Shown here: piece by piece, positions 46,012 through 57,900 of the stretch | How the letters are laid out: each line of letters starts with the position of its first letter | Position numbering within the stretch: position 1 is the first letter of the stretch | Source of the DNA: Eledone cirrhosa | Lineage: Eukaryota | Reading direction: 5' to 3' | DNA length: 64,000 nucleotides | Assembly: GCA_964016885.1 (NCBI GenBank) | Contig: OZ024765.1 | Coordinates: forward strand, 18,352,001 to 18,416,000 | Program-made: the position numbers and the translations under genes | Notes under the pieces: model-generated | What the model was told of the DNA's origin: nothing | What the model saw: only the letters and a program-made list of their open reading frames with translations | The model's database searches: none

Positions 46012-47975
46012 TTACATCTGTCTGTGAACTCTTGAAAAAGCAACATACAATTGTCCAGGGTTAAATACTTGCTCAGGGAGGAACAGACCCACTTTATCAT
46101 GTATTTGACCATGGTTCTTGTTGATTGTCATGGCATATGACAGTCTTAATGGAAACTGGGGTCTTTCCAAAGTAAAAGGGATGTTGGCACCACTGGGGGC
46201 TAACTTCAGTCTTGCGATCAAAACACACCTGCCCATCAAAGGACCATAGATATGAGAAGCTTCGATAAAATGTTTATGCAGTTCCACTACTTCTAATCTT
46301 GTGCCATTACATAATCTGTACTGGATTGAAATATTCCATAGAAGCATTATTATTGATCCTGCTTTTAATTGGAGTTTGTGAGGCGGCATCCCAGAAGGTG
46401 TAAGCAAGTTCAGAAGTTAATTTAGATTGAACGAGGCAGCAAGGGTCCCTGCATTTCTACCGCAACCTGAGCATTGCCTCTTTGAAAGTAAACTCTGTTT
46501 GTTCTCCAGCTGTGTGGCTAGTTTGTATACTGTATGTGATGTACCATGAAGCTTAAATTCCGAGAGACACGACACTGCTTCTGGCTGAGACACATACCTG
46601 CAACAAAGATAGGTTCTTATTTTATCATGGTTGTGTTGGTTTTGAGCCTCATTAGGTAATGCATTATTCGTTACTTCTATAGATGTACAATCATGCCCCA
46701 TGTAACATATTTAAAGAGGTACTTGACACTTTTTACAGAAGGGCAAACTTCAACATTAATATGTGCACAATATTTCTTAAGCAAAAAGGCATTAAATGGG
46801 ACAACATTCCTGTTATCTACTGAATGTCATCCAATTTACACTGCAGTTCCTGTCTTGCACCTCCTGTACTGTGGGTATCCATTTAGGTTCAATAATGTTT
46901 CCCTTCTGTAGGTTTTTGGATAGTTCTTTTGGAAAAATCCATTTTGTATAATTGAGGAAAAAGGGTTTCCAGAACCACATGGCCCGTGGATCATAAACTT
47001 TTAAACCTGCTCATGTAGTACTGGATCATCTTCCAATGCAGGTATTTCTGCTGATACGATTCTGTCAATGTCTTCTCTGTTTCTTATCTTGTCTTCATTT
47101 CTTAAGGCTCAGTGTTATCATCTGTTTAGATAATTCATTAAACCATTATACTCATCGACTCATAATTGGGCTTGATTGTTCCTCAAATATTGAAGCCTGC
47201 ATCCCTCTACTTTCATATAGGCTTCCACTAAATACTGCTAAAATAATTTACCTGCCCTATATATCGCACTAAATCCTCCTCTATATGCTATACAGTATAT
47301 GTAATACTCCTGCATTGTCAGTCTATTGCAAACACAGGTCCTGCATTCCTCTCATGTCACTATGCCACCAAAATTAACCAGTATGGGTCGGTCGTGAGGT
47401 CCAAGTGGCATGAATTATGTGGTATTTTTTGAGGAGGATAGTCTTTAGGAAAGATGATAATATCTCTTTGTACAGGTGGTGTGCCCTCAATCCCCCACAA
47501 AACAACAGCTATCATTACTAGTTGGTAAATTATAGCAGTTCATATCTGATCCTCTTCTAAATCTTAATTCACAGTTCTGTACACGACAATTTTCTCTTCT
47601 TGCACTTTGCTGTTTGATGCCATGCATTGTATTGTACACTTCGACATATGGATTACATTCATGCAACACCTCTCTTATCATAGCCATTTTTTGTGGTGAG
47701 CTCTCATTATTTGTTGGTACTAGGGCGGTGGATTGGCAGTATCGGTAGAGCGTCAGACACCATGCTTTGCAACATAGGGTTATGGCCCTTTACGTTCTGG
47801 GTTCAAATCCCTCCAAGGTTGACTTTGTTTTCATCCTTATGAGGTCGATAGAATAAAGTACCAGTAATTGCTGGCCTTGTGCCAGAAACAATTATTTGGT
47901 CGTACTTCCAATCTGTGCTACACAGCTTCATTCCCATCAATAATATATAACTGGCCATATTGTGGTGTTAAAACA
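46012..47975 (-). mobile_element. Degenerate, internally deleted Helitron RepHel
   Basis: PIF1-helicase C-terminus PSGMPPHKLQLK...LCNGTRL...QFPLRLSYAMTINK..GQ...VGLFLPEQVF..GQLYVAFSRV (46012-46407). Rep-region remnants: HINVEVC.SVKSVKYLFKYV, GHD, RYVS..EA, MIHGPCG, NPYV, QYGQLYIID. Frameshifts, plus a SINE insertion at ~47722-47897. Confidence 0.9.
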
Positions 47976-48469
47976 ATTGATTAAATAATAACTAAATAAA
48001 ATTAATTCTACAATCCTGGATAGGGAATGAACTTATAACTTCATAATAGAAGCCATCTATTCGAGCAGTATTGCCATCTAAGCCACCAGGTTACTTACAG
48101 AACTTCATTCAAATATAAAGTATAAAATATATGCCAGACATAGTGAGTTCGAATCTGACTGATTAGTTGGTCATTGTCCCAGCCAACAGTTTAAATCGCC
48201 AACCGGTAGGTGATATCGACTAGGTTGGGAAAACTTGGTTAAGTAGCTCCAGTTATTGCTACGTTAGACATATTCAAGACTTATCGACACCGAATGGAAG
48301 AAAGGTAAAGTTGAACTCAGAGTAAAGAACTGGAAAAATACTGCAAAGAATTCTATCTGATGTTCTCACAATTCTACCAAATTACCTTATGTATATATAT
48401 TTATATCTAGAGATAAGAAGAAAACTGAAGAAAAAAAAAAAAAAAAAAGCATGAAACCTTATATGCATT

Positions 48470-48545
48470 CCAGACCAGGATTGAACCCCAAACCAAGAAC
48501 TCCACCATCTCTGGTATCACCCATTGACCTACCTCCCTCTGCCTC
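48470..48545 (-). other. Solitary tRNA-like module related to those in the 4.57-kb repeat
   Basis: Minus strand GGTCAATGGGTGATACCAGAGATGGTGGAGTTCTTGGTTTGGGGTTCAATCC resembles GGCCTAATGGTAAGCACTAGAGACGGTGGAGATCCTGATTTAGGGTTCGATT. Confidence 0.55.
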
Positions 48546-48822
48546 TATCTTTACTTTCGGCCCTTGAAAAAATTGATTCCACTTCATTTACTTTCATCTC
48601 GGGAACAGTTTTGGATAGCGCGAGTTCGTAATTTAATTTCAAGAATTTTATATTCTTTGAATGAAAAGAGCCTTCTGACGAGAATCTTTCTTTGCAACGA
48701 AGGCCGTATGGTCTCCGTTTATTTTTGAGATTCGAAACCGATTCGGTAAAGGGAACTATAGTAGGTAAAGTCAATTTTTAAAAATTTATTTTGAAACTTT
48801 TTCATTATTTGCTAAACCTGAT

Positions 48823-48833
48823 TATATATGTAC

Positions 48834-48894
<61 letters not shown>

Positions 48895-48911
48895 TATATA
48901 TATATATGTAC

Positions 48912-49007
<96 letters not shown>

Positions 49008-49039
49008 GTACATATATATGCATATATATATATGTACAT

Positions 49040-49071
<32 letters not shown>

Positions 49072-49122
49072 GTACATATATATATATACGTACATATATA
49101 TATATGTACATATATATATGTA

Positions 49123-49169
<47 letters not shown>

Positions 49170-49294
49170 GGACATATATATGTACATATATATATATATG
49201 GACATATATATGTACATATGTACATATATATATATGTACATATGTACATATATATATATGTAGATATATATATATATGTATATGTGTATATATA

Positions 49295-49349
<55 letters not shown>

Positions 49350-49362
49350 ATATATATATATA

Positions 49363-49393
<31 letters not shown>

Positions 49394-49561
49394 GTGTATA
49401 TATATATATATATATATACATATGTGTATATATATATATATATATATGTGTATATATAGAAAGGATGAATATAAAATGAAAGTGCTTTTGTTAAAAAAGG
49501 AATTTATTAGGTATTGACATATGTTTCTGTAACACTGTTCATCTCTAACGTAACGATATAT

Positions 49562-49634
<73 letters not shown>

Positions 49635-49653
49635 GTGTATATATATATATATA

Positions 49654-49699
<46 letters not shown>

Positions 49700-49711
49700 T
49701 ATATATATATA
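48823..49711. repeat. Long (TA)n-dominated microsatellite, two blocks
   Basis: Directly visible; source of the YI-repeat ORFs. Confidence 0.97.
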
Positions 49712-50163
49712 TTAATAATCTCTCTAATCGCAATTGCAATTGCCCTATTAAAAATAAATGTCCTCTCAACAACCATTGTCTTGATAAAAACTTAATTTAC
49801 GAATGTAAAGTTATAACTGACACCAATTCCTTCACCTATTTTGGATCCACTTCCACCTCTTTTAAAGCTCGTCTTTATAACCATCATTCGTCTTTTAAAT
49901 ACAAACTTAAAAGAACCAACACGGCTCTCTCAGAACTCATATGGTTCTTGAAAGACAAAAACATTAAATATAGCATGTTTTGGAAGAAGGTTTCTTCTGC
50001 GTCTACATACTTGAACTGTTCTCTATCCAAAATTTGCAATCTCTGTCTAAATGAAAAATTTACCATTATTTCTAATTTAGATTCTATAATAAATAGACGC
50101 ACTGACTTGTTTTCTATCTGCTTGCATAAATTCCATAAAACATTTCACAAAGTATACAGCTAA
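49712..50163 (+). mobile_element. Penelope-like element GIY-YIG endonuclease fragment (Cys-rich type)
   Basis: CNC...CPL...C...NLIY...[18 protein letters not shown]....[11 protein letters not shown]...W...CNLCLNEK...INRRTDL.SICLH; open for ~150 codons. Confidence 0.85.
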
Positions 50164-50401
50164 TATTCAATTCTTTATCAATTTAGAATCTTTTTCTCAA
50201 AGGCACAAATGTAAATGTGGTTGGTGTTAGGAAGGTCATCCAGCTGACTTTTTTTTATCCAAAATTTGGATTTAAGTCAGAGACGAGTTATCGTTCGTGG
50301 CAAAAATCAGAGGAAGAAAAAAAAAGTTTTTCAATTTTCTCCACTTCCGGTTTTTTCTAGTATAGGTAAGTAAATATTAATTTTCAATGCATTTTTCTAA
50401 C

Positions 50402-50472
50402 CGTCCCTGTGGCCTAATGGTAAGTACTAGAGACGGTGGAGATCCTGATTTAGGGTTCGATTTCCGTTAGGT
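50402..50472 (+). other. tRNA-like Pol III A/B-box module (also ~54954-55023 and ~59530-59598)
   Basis: TGGCCTAATGG (A box) and GGTTCGATTTC (B-box-like); no convincing full cloverleaf. Confidence 0.55.
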
Positions 50473-51298
50473 TCTATACTAATAACTGCGTATTTGTTGC
50501 TTTTATTAAGTAAGATTTGAACTAATAATGCTGTACTTTGTAGTAATGTCCCATATTATATTCAACATATTTTAATTAAAATTTGTTTTTTTTATAAAAG
50601 AAAGAACAAAAAACCTTATTGAAATTAAGAAATGAATTTTATTCAGTAAAGTTGTTTTTATTTTGTTTTCACTTCATTAACTGCTGAATACGTCTTTTGT
50701 TTTTGTTTTTGATTCTTTCGAACCATTGTTTACTGTTTAATGGTGACTGCAACGAACCTGGATTATTACCAAGTTTCACTGGATCATTGTATTATTTTGT
50801 CGTCAGTGGACATCTATCTAAACAAGGTGTGTGTTTTACGTAACATTTCATTTTAATGTCTGATGTTCCTGTATATCACATTTAAAATGTAACCAATAAA
50901 CAAGACAGGGACGCTACATCAAAAGAAACCACACAGACGAGGTATGAATAATCTAAAATTAATTTTAACAAACTATAAACGATGTTTAAAGAGAGACAAA
51001 CATTAAAATAGGATTTCAAACAAACACGTAAACACAAAGACAATTACAGCCGCCATAATCTAATATCTGAAGATCAACATTTTTCACGATAGAAATAAAA
51101 CTAAATATGTAAAGCTTAGTGTCCCCTGATTTACTTGCTTTTAATTTCATTTTGATAATCTGTATTCTGTAGACATATATTTATGATTTTAATGATGAAA
51201 TTTCCTCTTGTCTTTAAAAGATTATTACTTATAAAAAATTATAATAGTCACCTCCTACTCTGGATTAATATATAGCATCATTCGAGGTAGCTTACCCA

Positions 51299-51617
51299 CA
51301 GGGGTTCCTCAACTGAGCGATTTCAGCTGTTGGGTGCGCGATGAGCAGCTGAACAGAAAATTGAGGGCCATTGGAAACTCTGGTGACCGATATAGAATTT
51401 TGAGATTTAAGAAGGTATGCTACCCGAAAACCTATTCAAGGAATATATGCAAAGAACCTGAATAAAAATCAGGAAGCTAATTGGGAAAATTAAACCAGGA
51501 ACAAACATTTACGAAACATATTTGGTATACTTTGGAATATTTACTATACAGGTGGCTGGTGGAACATTTTTTCATGTGAATGTGGGAAATGACGCCAAAA
51601 TATTTGGCAACCCTTGG
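51299..51617. mobile_element. Old hAT-like MITE inside the macrosatellite unit (repeated in each unit)
   Basis: CAGGGGTTCCTCAACT ... ATTTGGCAACCCTTG imperfect TIRs; flanks GCTTACCCA / GCTTACAC resemble a decayed 8-bp TSD. Confidence 0.55.
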
Positions 51618-52964
51618 CTTACACCTTACTAAATGTTCTGGAGACAAGCCTCTTCGCTATATATCATAGTTCTTAAATCCTTCATCTTCCACAGTTGGTG
51701 AAGTATTTCGATTTGATATGACGATCGCAGAGTTAGATTTAGGACGTGGTGGCGTTCATGGGTTTCTTAGTGTTGTTACTAGAAAGGGTCGACTCTGTCT
51801 TTCACACTTCAGGTTTTTTCATGAATTAAATATCCATTTTCTTTCTGATCGGTCTAACAATGATTTGAACCTACAATGACTCCGTCTGTAATAATGTTCT
51901 CTTATTTGAAATATGCCATACCTAACTCCCGTGTCTGTGTGTGTGAAAAATATTCCAACTTAGAGCGACGTGCCCGTAAATTGTTTAGCCTGATTCCTAT
52001 ATATAGATAATGTGTAATATTTGAACCTTCATGGAGGGTCTTTGCCGTAATTTCCCGTAACTCCGACTAGAAGTCATTATGTAGTTTTTTCGTCCGTTAA
52101 AAATAATGATTAAAACAATTCTATATCCACAGTTATATACACCTCTTCATCACATATTATATTATTTCCACCAATAACTACATTATATCCTTAAATATGA
52201 CACCAAGACATATAATTTGTAAATAAAAGATGAAATATTAAAACCTCAATTTTTAAATAATTTTACCCCACCTTTGGGTTCTCAGTGTTTAGATTAACCC
52301 ATAATTTTATGATTTTGGAGCATATAACATAGTACCAGTCATGTACTGGGATCAATTTAACGGATTGGTTCCTCCCCACAAATTACTTGACTTTTGCCTA
52401 AGTAAGACATACTCACAGAATGTATCGATGTATATGTATGAATGTATATATATATTAGTATATTTTATGTTTACAATAAAAATAGACAAACAATTTAATG
52501 ATAATATGAAATGAAATTATTATTATTTATTAATAATATTTTTATTGTTTTCACTGCATTAACTTCTGAGTGTGACTTTGTTTTTCTTACTATTTTCTAC
52601 TGTAAATGGCGGCTTAATTGGATTATTACTAAGGTTTACTGGATTGTGGTGTTTCTTTATTGTTTTATATTTCAATCAGTGGACATCAGGATAGCTTTCT
52701 ATATACCTGGGATAAATGTAAAGAGTACTGACTTTCATCTGCAGTTCAATGGTGATGTCTTCTTATATTTTCATTTACTTCTGCAATACTGTATATTGTA
52801 GTCTTTTCATTATTTTAAATATTTCTATCATGTCACTCGTTTGATATATCTCCCCGAAAGATATAGTTATTCAGAGCTTTACATTGGAATAGTGTACTAC
52901 TATTTAAATATTAGTCCTTTAAATATATATTTCTATCATGTCCCCCCCCCCCCCCCTCTTAGAT

Positions 52965-53255
52965 TTATCTCCTCTAAATTTGCAATCCCTAAAGTTTAAC
53001 ATCTTTCTTCAGAAGACAGATTTCTTAATAATTCTGGTGTTTTCTGTTTTGTTCTTTTCTGGATTCCTTCAATAGCTTCTCCGTATTTTCTGAAGTCGTC
53101 TGACCATGCCCCAAAACAATATTCTAGGTCGTATCACACATATCATTCAACTAGTGTTTTAGACCTCTCGACATTTAGCTAGGCAAAGGAATGTTTTATT
53201 ATTCCTATCATCTGAATTCCTTTTTTTTCTTCAACATGTTTAGCCATCTTTAAAA
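52965..53255 (-). mobile_element. Degenerate CR1-like LINE ORF2 fragment inside the macrosatellite unit (also ~57525-57815, ~62105-62400)
   Basis: MIGIIKHSFA*L...LEYCFGAWSDDFRKYGEAIEGIQKRTKQKTPELLRNLSSEERC*TLGI..RGD, matching the CR1 LEYC...WSP...IE.VQRRATK...L.YEERL..RGD tract. Confidence 0.75.
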
Positions 53256-53694
53256 TCATATTCATACATATTCACAATTCCTCGTGGAGGGGTATAAGAG
53301 ACATGTATAAATATAGCTGCATATTACTACAAAATAACTTGAACCATATCGCGAAACATTTTGTAAAGTATCTCTGTAATTATTCTCATTTCGATTTTCT
53401 GTAGAATGTATTGACGTTTAAGATAGAGACAATTGCCCTTCTTCTAATAATCTCTTTGTCCATTCCATGTTTAGTCTCACAAAATATTGTTAATGCAAGA
53501 TTTTGCTCTAATGTAATAAATGTTACTTTTAAAAGAGCGAAGTTCTCAATTTTCTTCTTTCTCTTGTATATTGATATCTAAAGGATGACAAATGTATGAA
53601 TTATGTGATAGGGAGGAAAAAAGCCACGACCTTCTTCTCTCGTTACAGAAGGCTAACTGACAACGTCTTTCGCAGGAGTGACTAGTACTACTGC

Positions 53695-53704
53695 CTTTTA
53701 TATA
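53695..53704 (-). promoter_or_regulatory. Candidate TATA box (TATATAAAAG), present in each unit
   Basis: Consensus match, with Inr-like TCACTC ~25 nt and TCAGTT ~45 nt downstream; motif match only. Confidence 0.3.
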
Positions 53705-54741
53705 CCGTGACAACTGGAAAGATGTGACAAATAAGGATACACTCTGCTCTCCTTATCAACATTGTCCGAGTCTGAGGACCTTTCCTCCCTGGTTAAGGAA
53801 TGAGATAAAATATTAGGGATCAATCTCTAGCAATAATTTCATTAAATCATATTTAACCAGAGACTGTTATGTCGTGGTTGTTGCTATATTTTATAGTCGT
53901 GGTTTCAATGTTTAACAGGGTTGTAGAATTAGCTTTATCTAATTATTATCAAACAAAACAGATTTATATATTGTCGCCGTTGTACGTTAAAATCACATAT
54001 ATATTTATATACACACCAAGGATGGAGGGACGACGGAATTGAAAACCATTATTGCTGAGTACATCACGGCAAGATCTAATACACACACACTCTCCCGTAT
54101 ATATTTAATAATCAGCTATGACTATGAAGAAGGTCCCTGTAGATCATCTGGTTGTAGGATCTAATGAACCCGAAAGAAAGTGAAAATATATTTTATGAAA
54201 GCCCCAGAAGAATAAATGTAAACATTGACCCGATTATAGTAGAAATAAGAATGAGAAAGCCATGAACGCCAGCACATCTATTTTGCTTGGAAATTAAAAG
54301 TAGGTTTATAAATATTAATTTTTTCTTATGTTCTTGTATCTGTTTGGTAGGTGTTAGAGACTATGTAGACACTGATGTGGTGCTCAATCTCAGTCCGAAT
54401 TTGTACTATATATTTTTAAATTTAAATTTTTCTCTAGTAAAGTAAAAAATGAAATTATTATCTATAGACTTTGACTGAAATAGAAACCCAGAGCAGGTTC
54501 TCCACCGTCTCTAATACCTACCATTAGGCCACGGAGACAGATATAAAAACAATGTGAAAATTAATATTTATAAAGTTACTTTTTTATTTTTGTTTTATAC
54601 TATAAAAAATATAATACGACACACTGCCAGTGATTGAACCCCGGACCTGGACCTCCACCGGCTCTTATACTTACCACTAGGCTAAAGGGACGGTTACAGA
54701 AACTTACTTAAAAATTGATATTTATAAACCTACTTTTTCAT

Positions 54742-54913
54742 TACTAGAAAAAACCGGAAGTGGAGAAAATTGAAAAACATCTTCTTTTTCTTCCTCTGAT
54801 TTTTTTTTATCCAAAATTTGGATTTAAGTCAGAGACGAGTTATCGTTCGTGGCAAAAATCAGAGGAAGAAAAAGAAGTTTTTCAATTTTCTCCACTTCCG
54901 GTTTTTTCTAGTA
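54742..54913. repeat. Palindromic unit junction, ~60-bp arms (also ~59315-59489)
   Basis: TACTAGAAAAAACCGGAAGTGGAGAAAATTGAAAAAC..CTTCCTCTGATTTTT / AAAAATCAGAGGAAG...TTTTTCAATTTTCTCCACTTCCGGTTTTTTCTAGTA. Confidence 0.93.
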
Positions 54914-57900
54914 TAGGTAAGTAAATATTAATTTAAAAAAAATTTTTGTAACCGTCCCTGTGGCCTAATGGTAAGCACTAGAGACGGTGGAGATCCTGAT
55001 TTAGGGTTCGATTTTTGTTAGGTTTTATACTAATAACTGCGTATTTGTTTCTTTTATTTAAGTAAGATTTGAACTAATAATGCTGTACTTTGTAGTAATG
55101 TCCCATATTATATTCAACATATTTTAATTAAAATTTATTTTTTTTATAAAAGAAAGAACAAAAAACCTTATTGAATTTAAGAAATGAATTTTATTCAGTA
55201 AAGTTGTTTTTATTTTGTTTTCACTTCATTAACTGCTGAATACGTCTTTTGTTTTTGTTTTTGATTCTTTCTAACCATTGTTTACTGTGAATGGTGACTG
55301 CAACGAACCTGGATTATTACCAAGTTTCACTGGATGATTGTAATATTTTGTCGTCAGTGGACATCTGGACATCTATCTAAATACCTGGAATAAACACAAG
55401 GTGTGTGTTTTACGTAACATTTCATTTTAATGTCTGATGTTCCTGTATTTCACATTTAAAATGTAACCAAAAATAAACAAGACAGGGACGCTACATCAAA
55501 ATAAACCACACAGACGAGGTACGAATAATCTAAAATTAATTTTAACAAACTATAAACGATGTTTAAAGAGAGACGAACATTAAAATAGAATTTCAAACAA
55601 ACACGTAAACACAAAGACAATTACAGCCGCCATAATCTAATATCTGAAGATCAACATTTTTCACGATAGAAATAAAACTAAATATGTAAAGTTTAGTGGC
55701 CCCTGATTTACTTGCTTTTAATTTCATTTTGATAATCTGTATTCTGTAGACATATATTTATGATTTTAATGATGAAATTTCCTCTTGTCTTTAAAAGATT
55801 ATTACTTATAAAAATTATAATAGTCACCTCCTCCTCTCGATTAATATGTAGCTTGCCCACAGGGGTTCCTCAACTGGGCGGTTTCAACTGTTGGGTGCGC
55901 GATGAGCAGCTGAACAGAAAATTGAGGGCCATTGGAAACTTTGGTGGCCGATATAGAATTTTGAGATTTAAGAAGGTATGCTACCCGAAAACCTATTCAA
56001 GGAATATATGTAAAGAACCTGAATAAAAATCAGGAAGCTAATTGGGAAAATTAAACCAGGAACAAACATTTACGAAACATATTTGGTATACTTTGGAATA
56101 TTTACTATACAGGTGACTGGTGGAACATTTTTTCATGTGAATGTGGGAAATGACGCCAAAATATTTGGCAACCCTTGGCTCACAACTTACTAAATGTTCT
56201 GGAGACAAGCCTCTTCGCTATATATCATAGTTCTTCAATCCTTCATCTTCCACAGTTGGTGAAGTATTTCGATTTGATATGACGATCGCAGAGTTAGATT
56301 TAGAACGTGGTGGCGTTCATGGGTTTCTTAGTGTTGTTACTAGAAAGGGTCGACTCTGTCTTTCACACTTCAGGTTTTTTCATGAATTAAATATCCATTT
56401 TCTTTCTGATCGGTCTAACAATGATTTGAACCTACAATGACTCCGTCTGTAATAATGTTCTCTTATTTGAAATATGCCATACCTAACTCCCGTGTCTGTG
56501 TGTGTGAAAAATATTCCAACTTAGAGCGACGTGCCCGTAAATTGTTTAGCCTGATTCCTATATATTGATAATGTGTAATATTTGAACCTTCATGGAGGGT
56601 CTTTGCCGTAATTTCCCGTAACTCCGACTAGAAGTCATTATGTAGTTTTTTCGTCCGTTAAAAATAATGATTAAAACAATTCTATATCCAGAGTTATATA
56701 CACCCCTTCATCACATATTATATTATTTCCACCAATAACTACATTATATCCTTAAATATGACACCAAGACATATAATTTGTAAATAAAAGATGAAATATT
56801 AAAACCTCAATTTTTAAATAATTTTACCCCGCCTTTGTGTTCTCAGTGTTTAGATTAACCCATAATTTTATGATTTTGGAGCATATAACTTATAGTACCA
56901 GTCATGTACTGGGATCAATTTAACGGATTGGTTCCTCCCCGCAAATTACTTGACTTTTGCCTAAGTAAGACATACTCACAGAATGTATCGATGTATATGT
57001 ATGAATGTATATATATATATTAGTATATTTTATGTTTACAATAAAAATAGACAAACAATTTAATGATAATATGAAATGAAATTATTATTATTTATTAATA
57101 ATATTTTTATTGTTTTCACTGCATTAACTTCTGAGTGTGACTTTGTTTTTCTTACTATTTTCTACTGTAAATGGCGGCTTAATTGGATTATTACTAAGGT
57201 TTACTGGATTGTGGTGTTTCTTTATTGTTTTATATTTCAATCAGTGGACATCAGGATAGCTTTCTATATACCTGGGATAAATGTAAAGAGTACTGACTTT
57301 CATCTGCAGTTCAATGGTGATGTCTTCTTATATTTTCATTTACTTCTGCAATACTGTATATTGTAGTCTTTTCATTATTTTAAATATTTCTATCATGTCA
57401 CTCGTTTGATATATCTCCCCGAAAGATATAGTTATTCAGAGCTTTACATTGGAATAGTGTACTACTATTTAAATATTAGTCCTTTAAATATATATTTCTA
57501 TCATGCCCCCCCCCCCCTCTTAGATTTATCTCCTCTAAATTTGCAATCCCTAAAGTTTAACATCTTTCTTCAGAAGACAGATTTCTTAATAATTCTGGTG
57601 TTTTCTGTTTTGTTCTTTTCTGGATTCCTTCAATAGCTTCTCCGTATTTTCTGAAGTCGTCTGACCATGCCCCAAAACAATATTCTAGGTCGTATCACAC
57701 ATATCATTCAACTAGTGTTTTAGACCTCTCGACATTTAGCTAGGCAAAGGAATGTTTTATTATTTCTATCATCTGAATTCCTTTTTTTTCTTCAACATGT
57801 TTAGCCATCTTTAAAATCATATTCATACATATTCACAATTCCTCGTGGAGGGGTATAAGAGACATGTATAAATATAGCTGCATATTACTACAAAATAACT

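Noticed and set aside
50402-50472. Functional tRNA gene
   Set aside because: A/B boxes are present, but acceptor and anticodon stems do not pair convincingly. The same applies to the SINE heads.
52511-52801. 96-aa ORF identical in three units, and the 88-aa ORF at 55760/60336
   Set aside because: Identity reflects recent duplication. Composition is AT-driven, and the 88-aa ORF overlaps a hAT-like MITE and is broken in unit 1.
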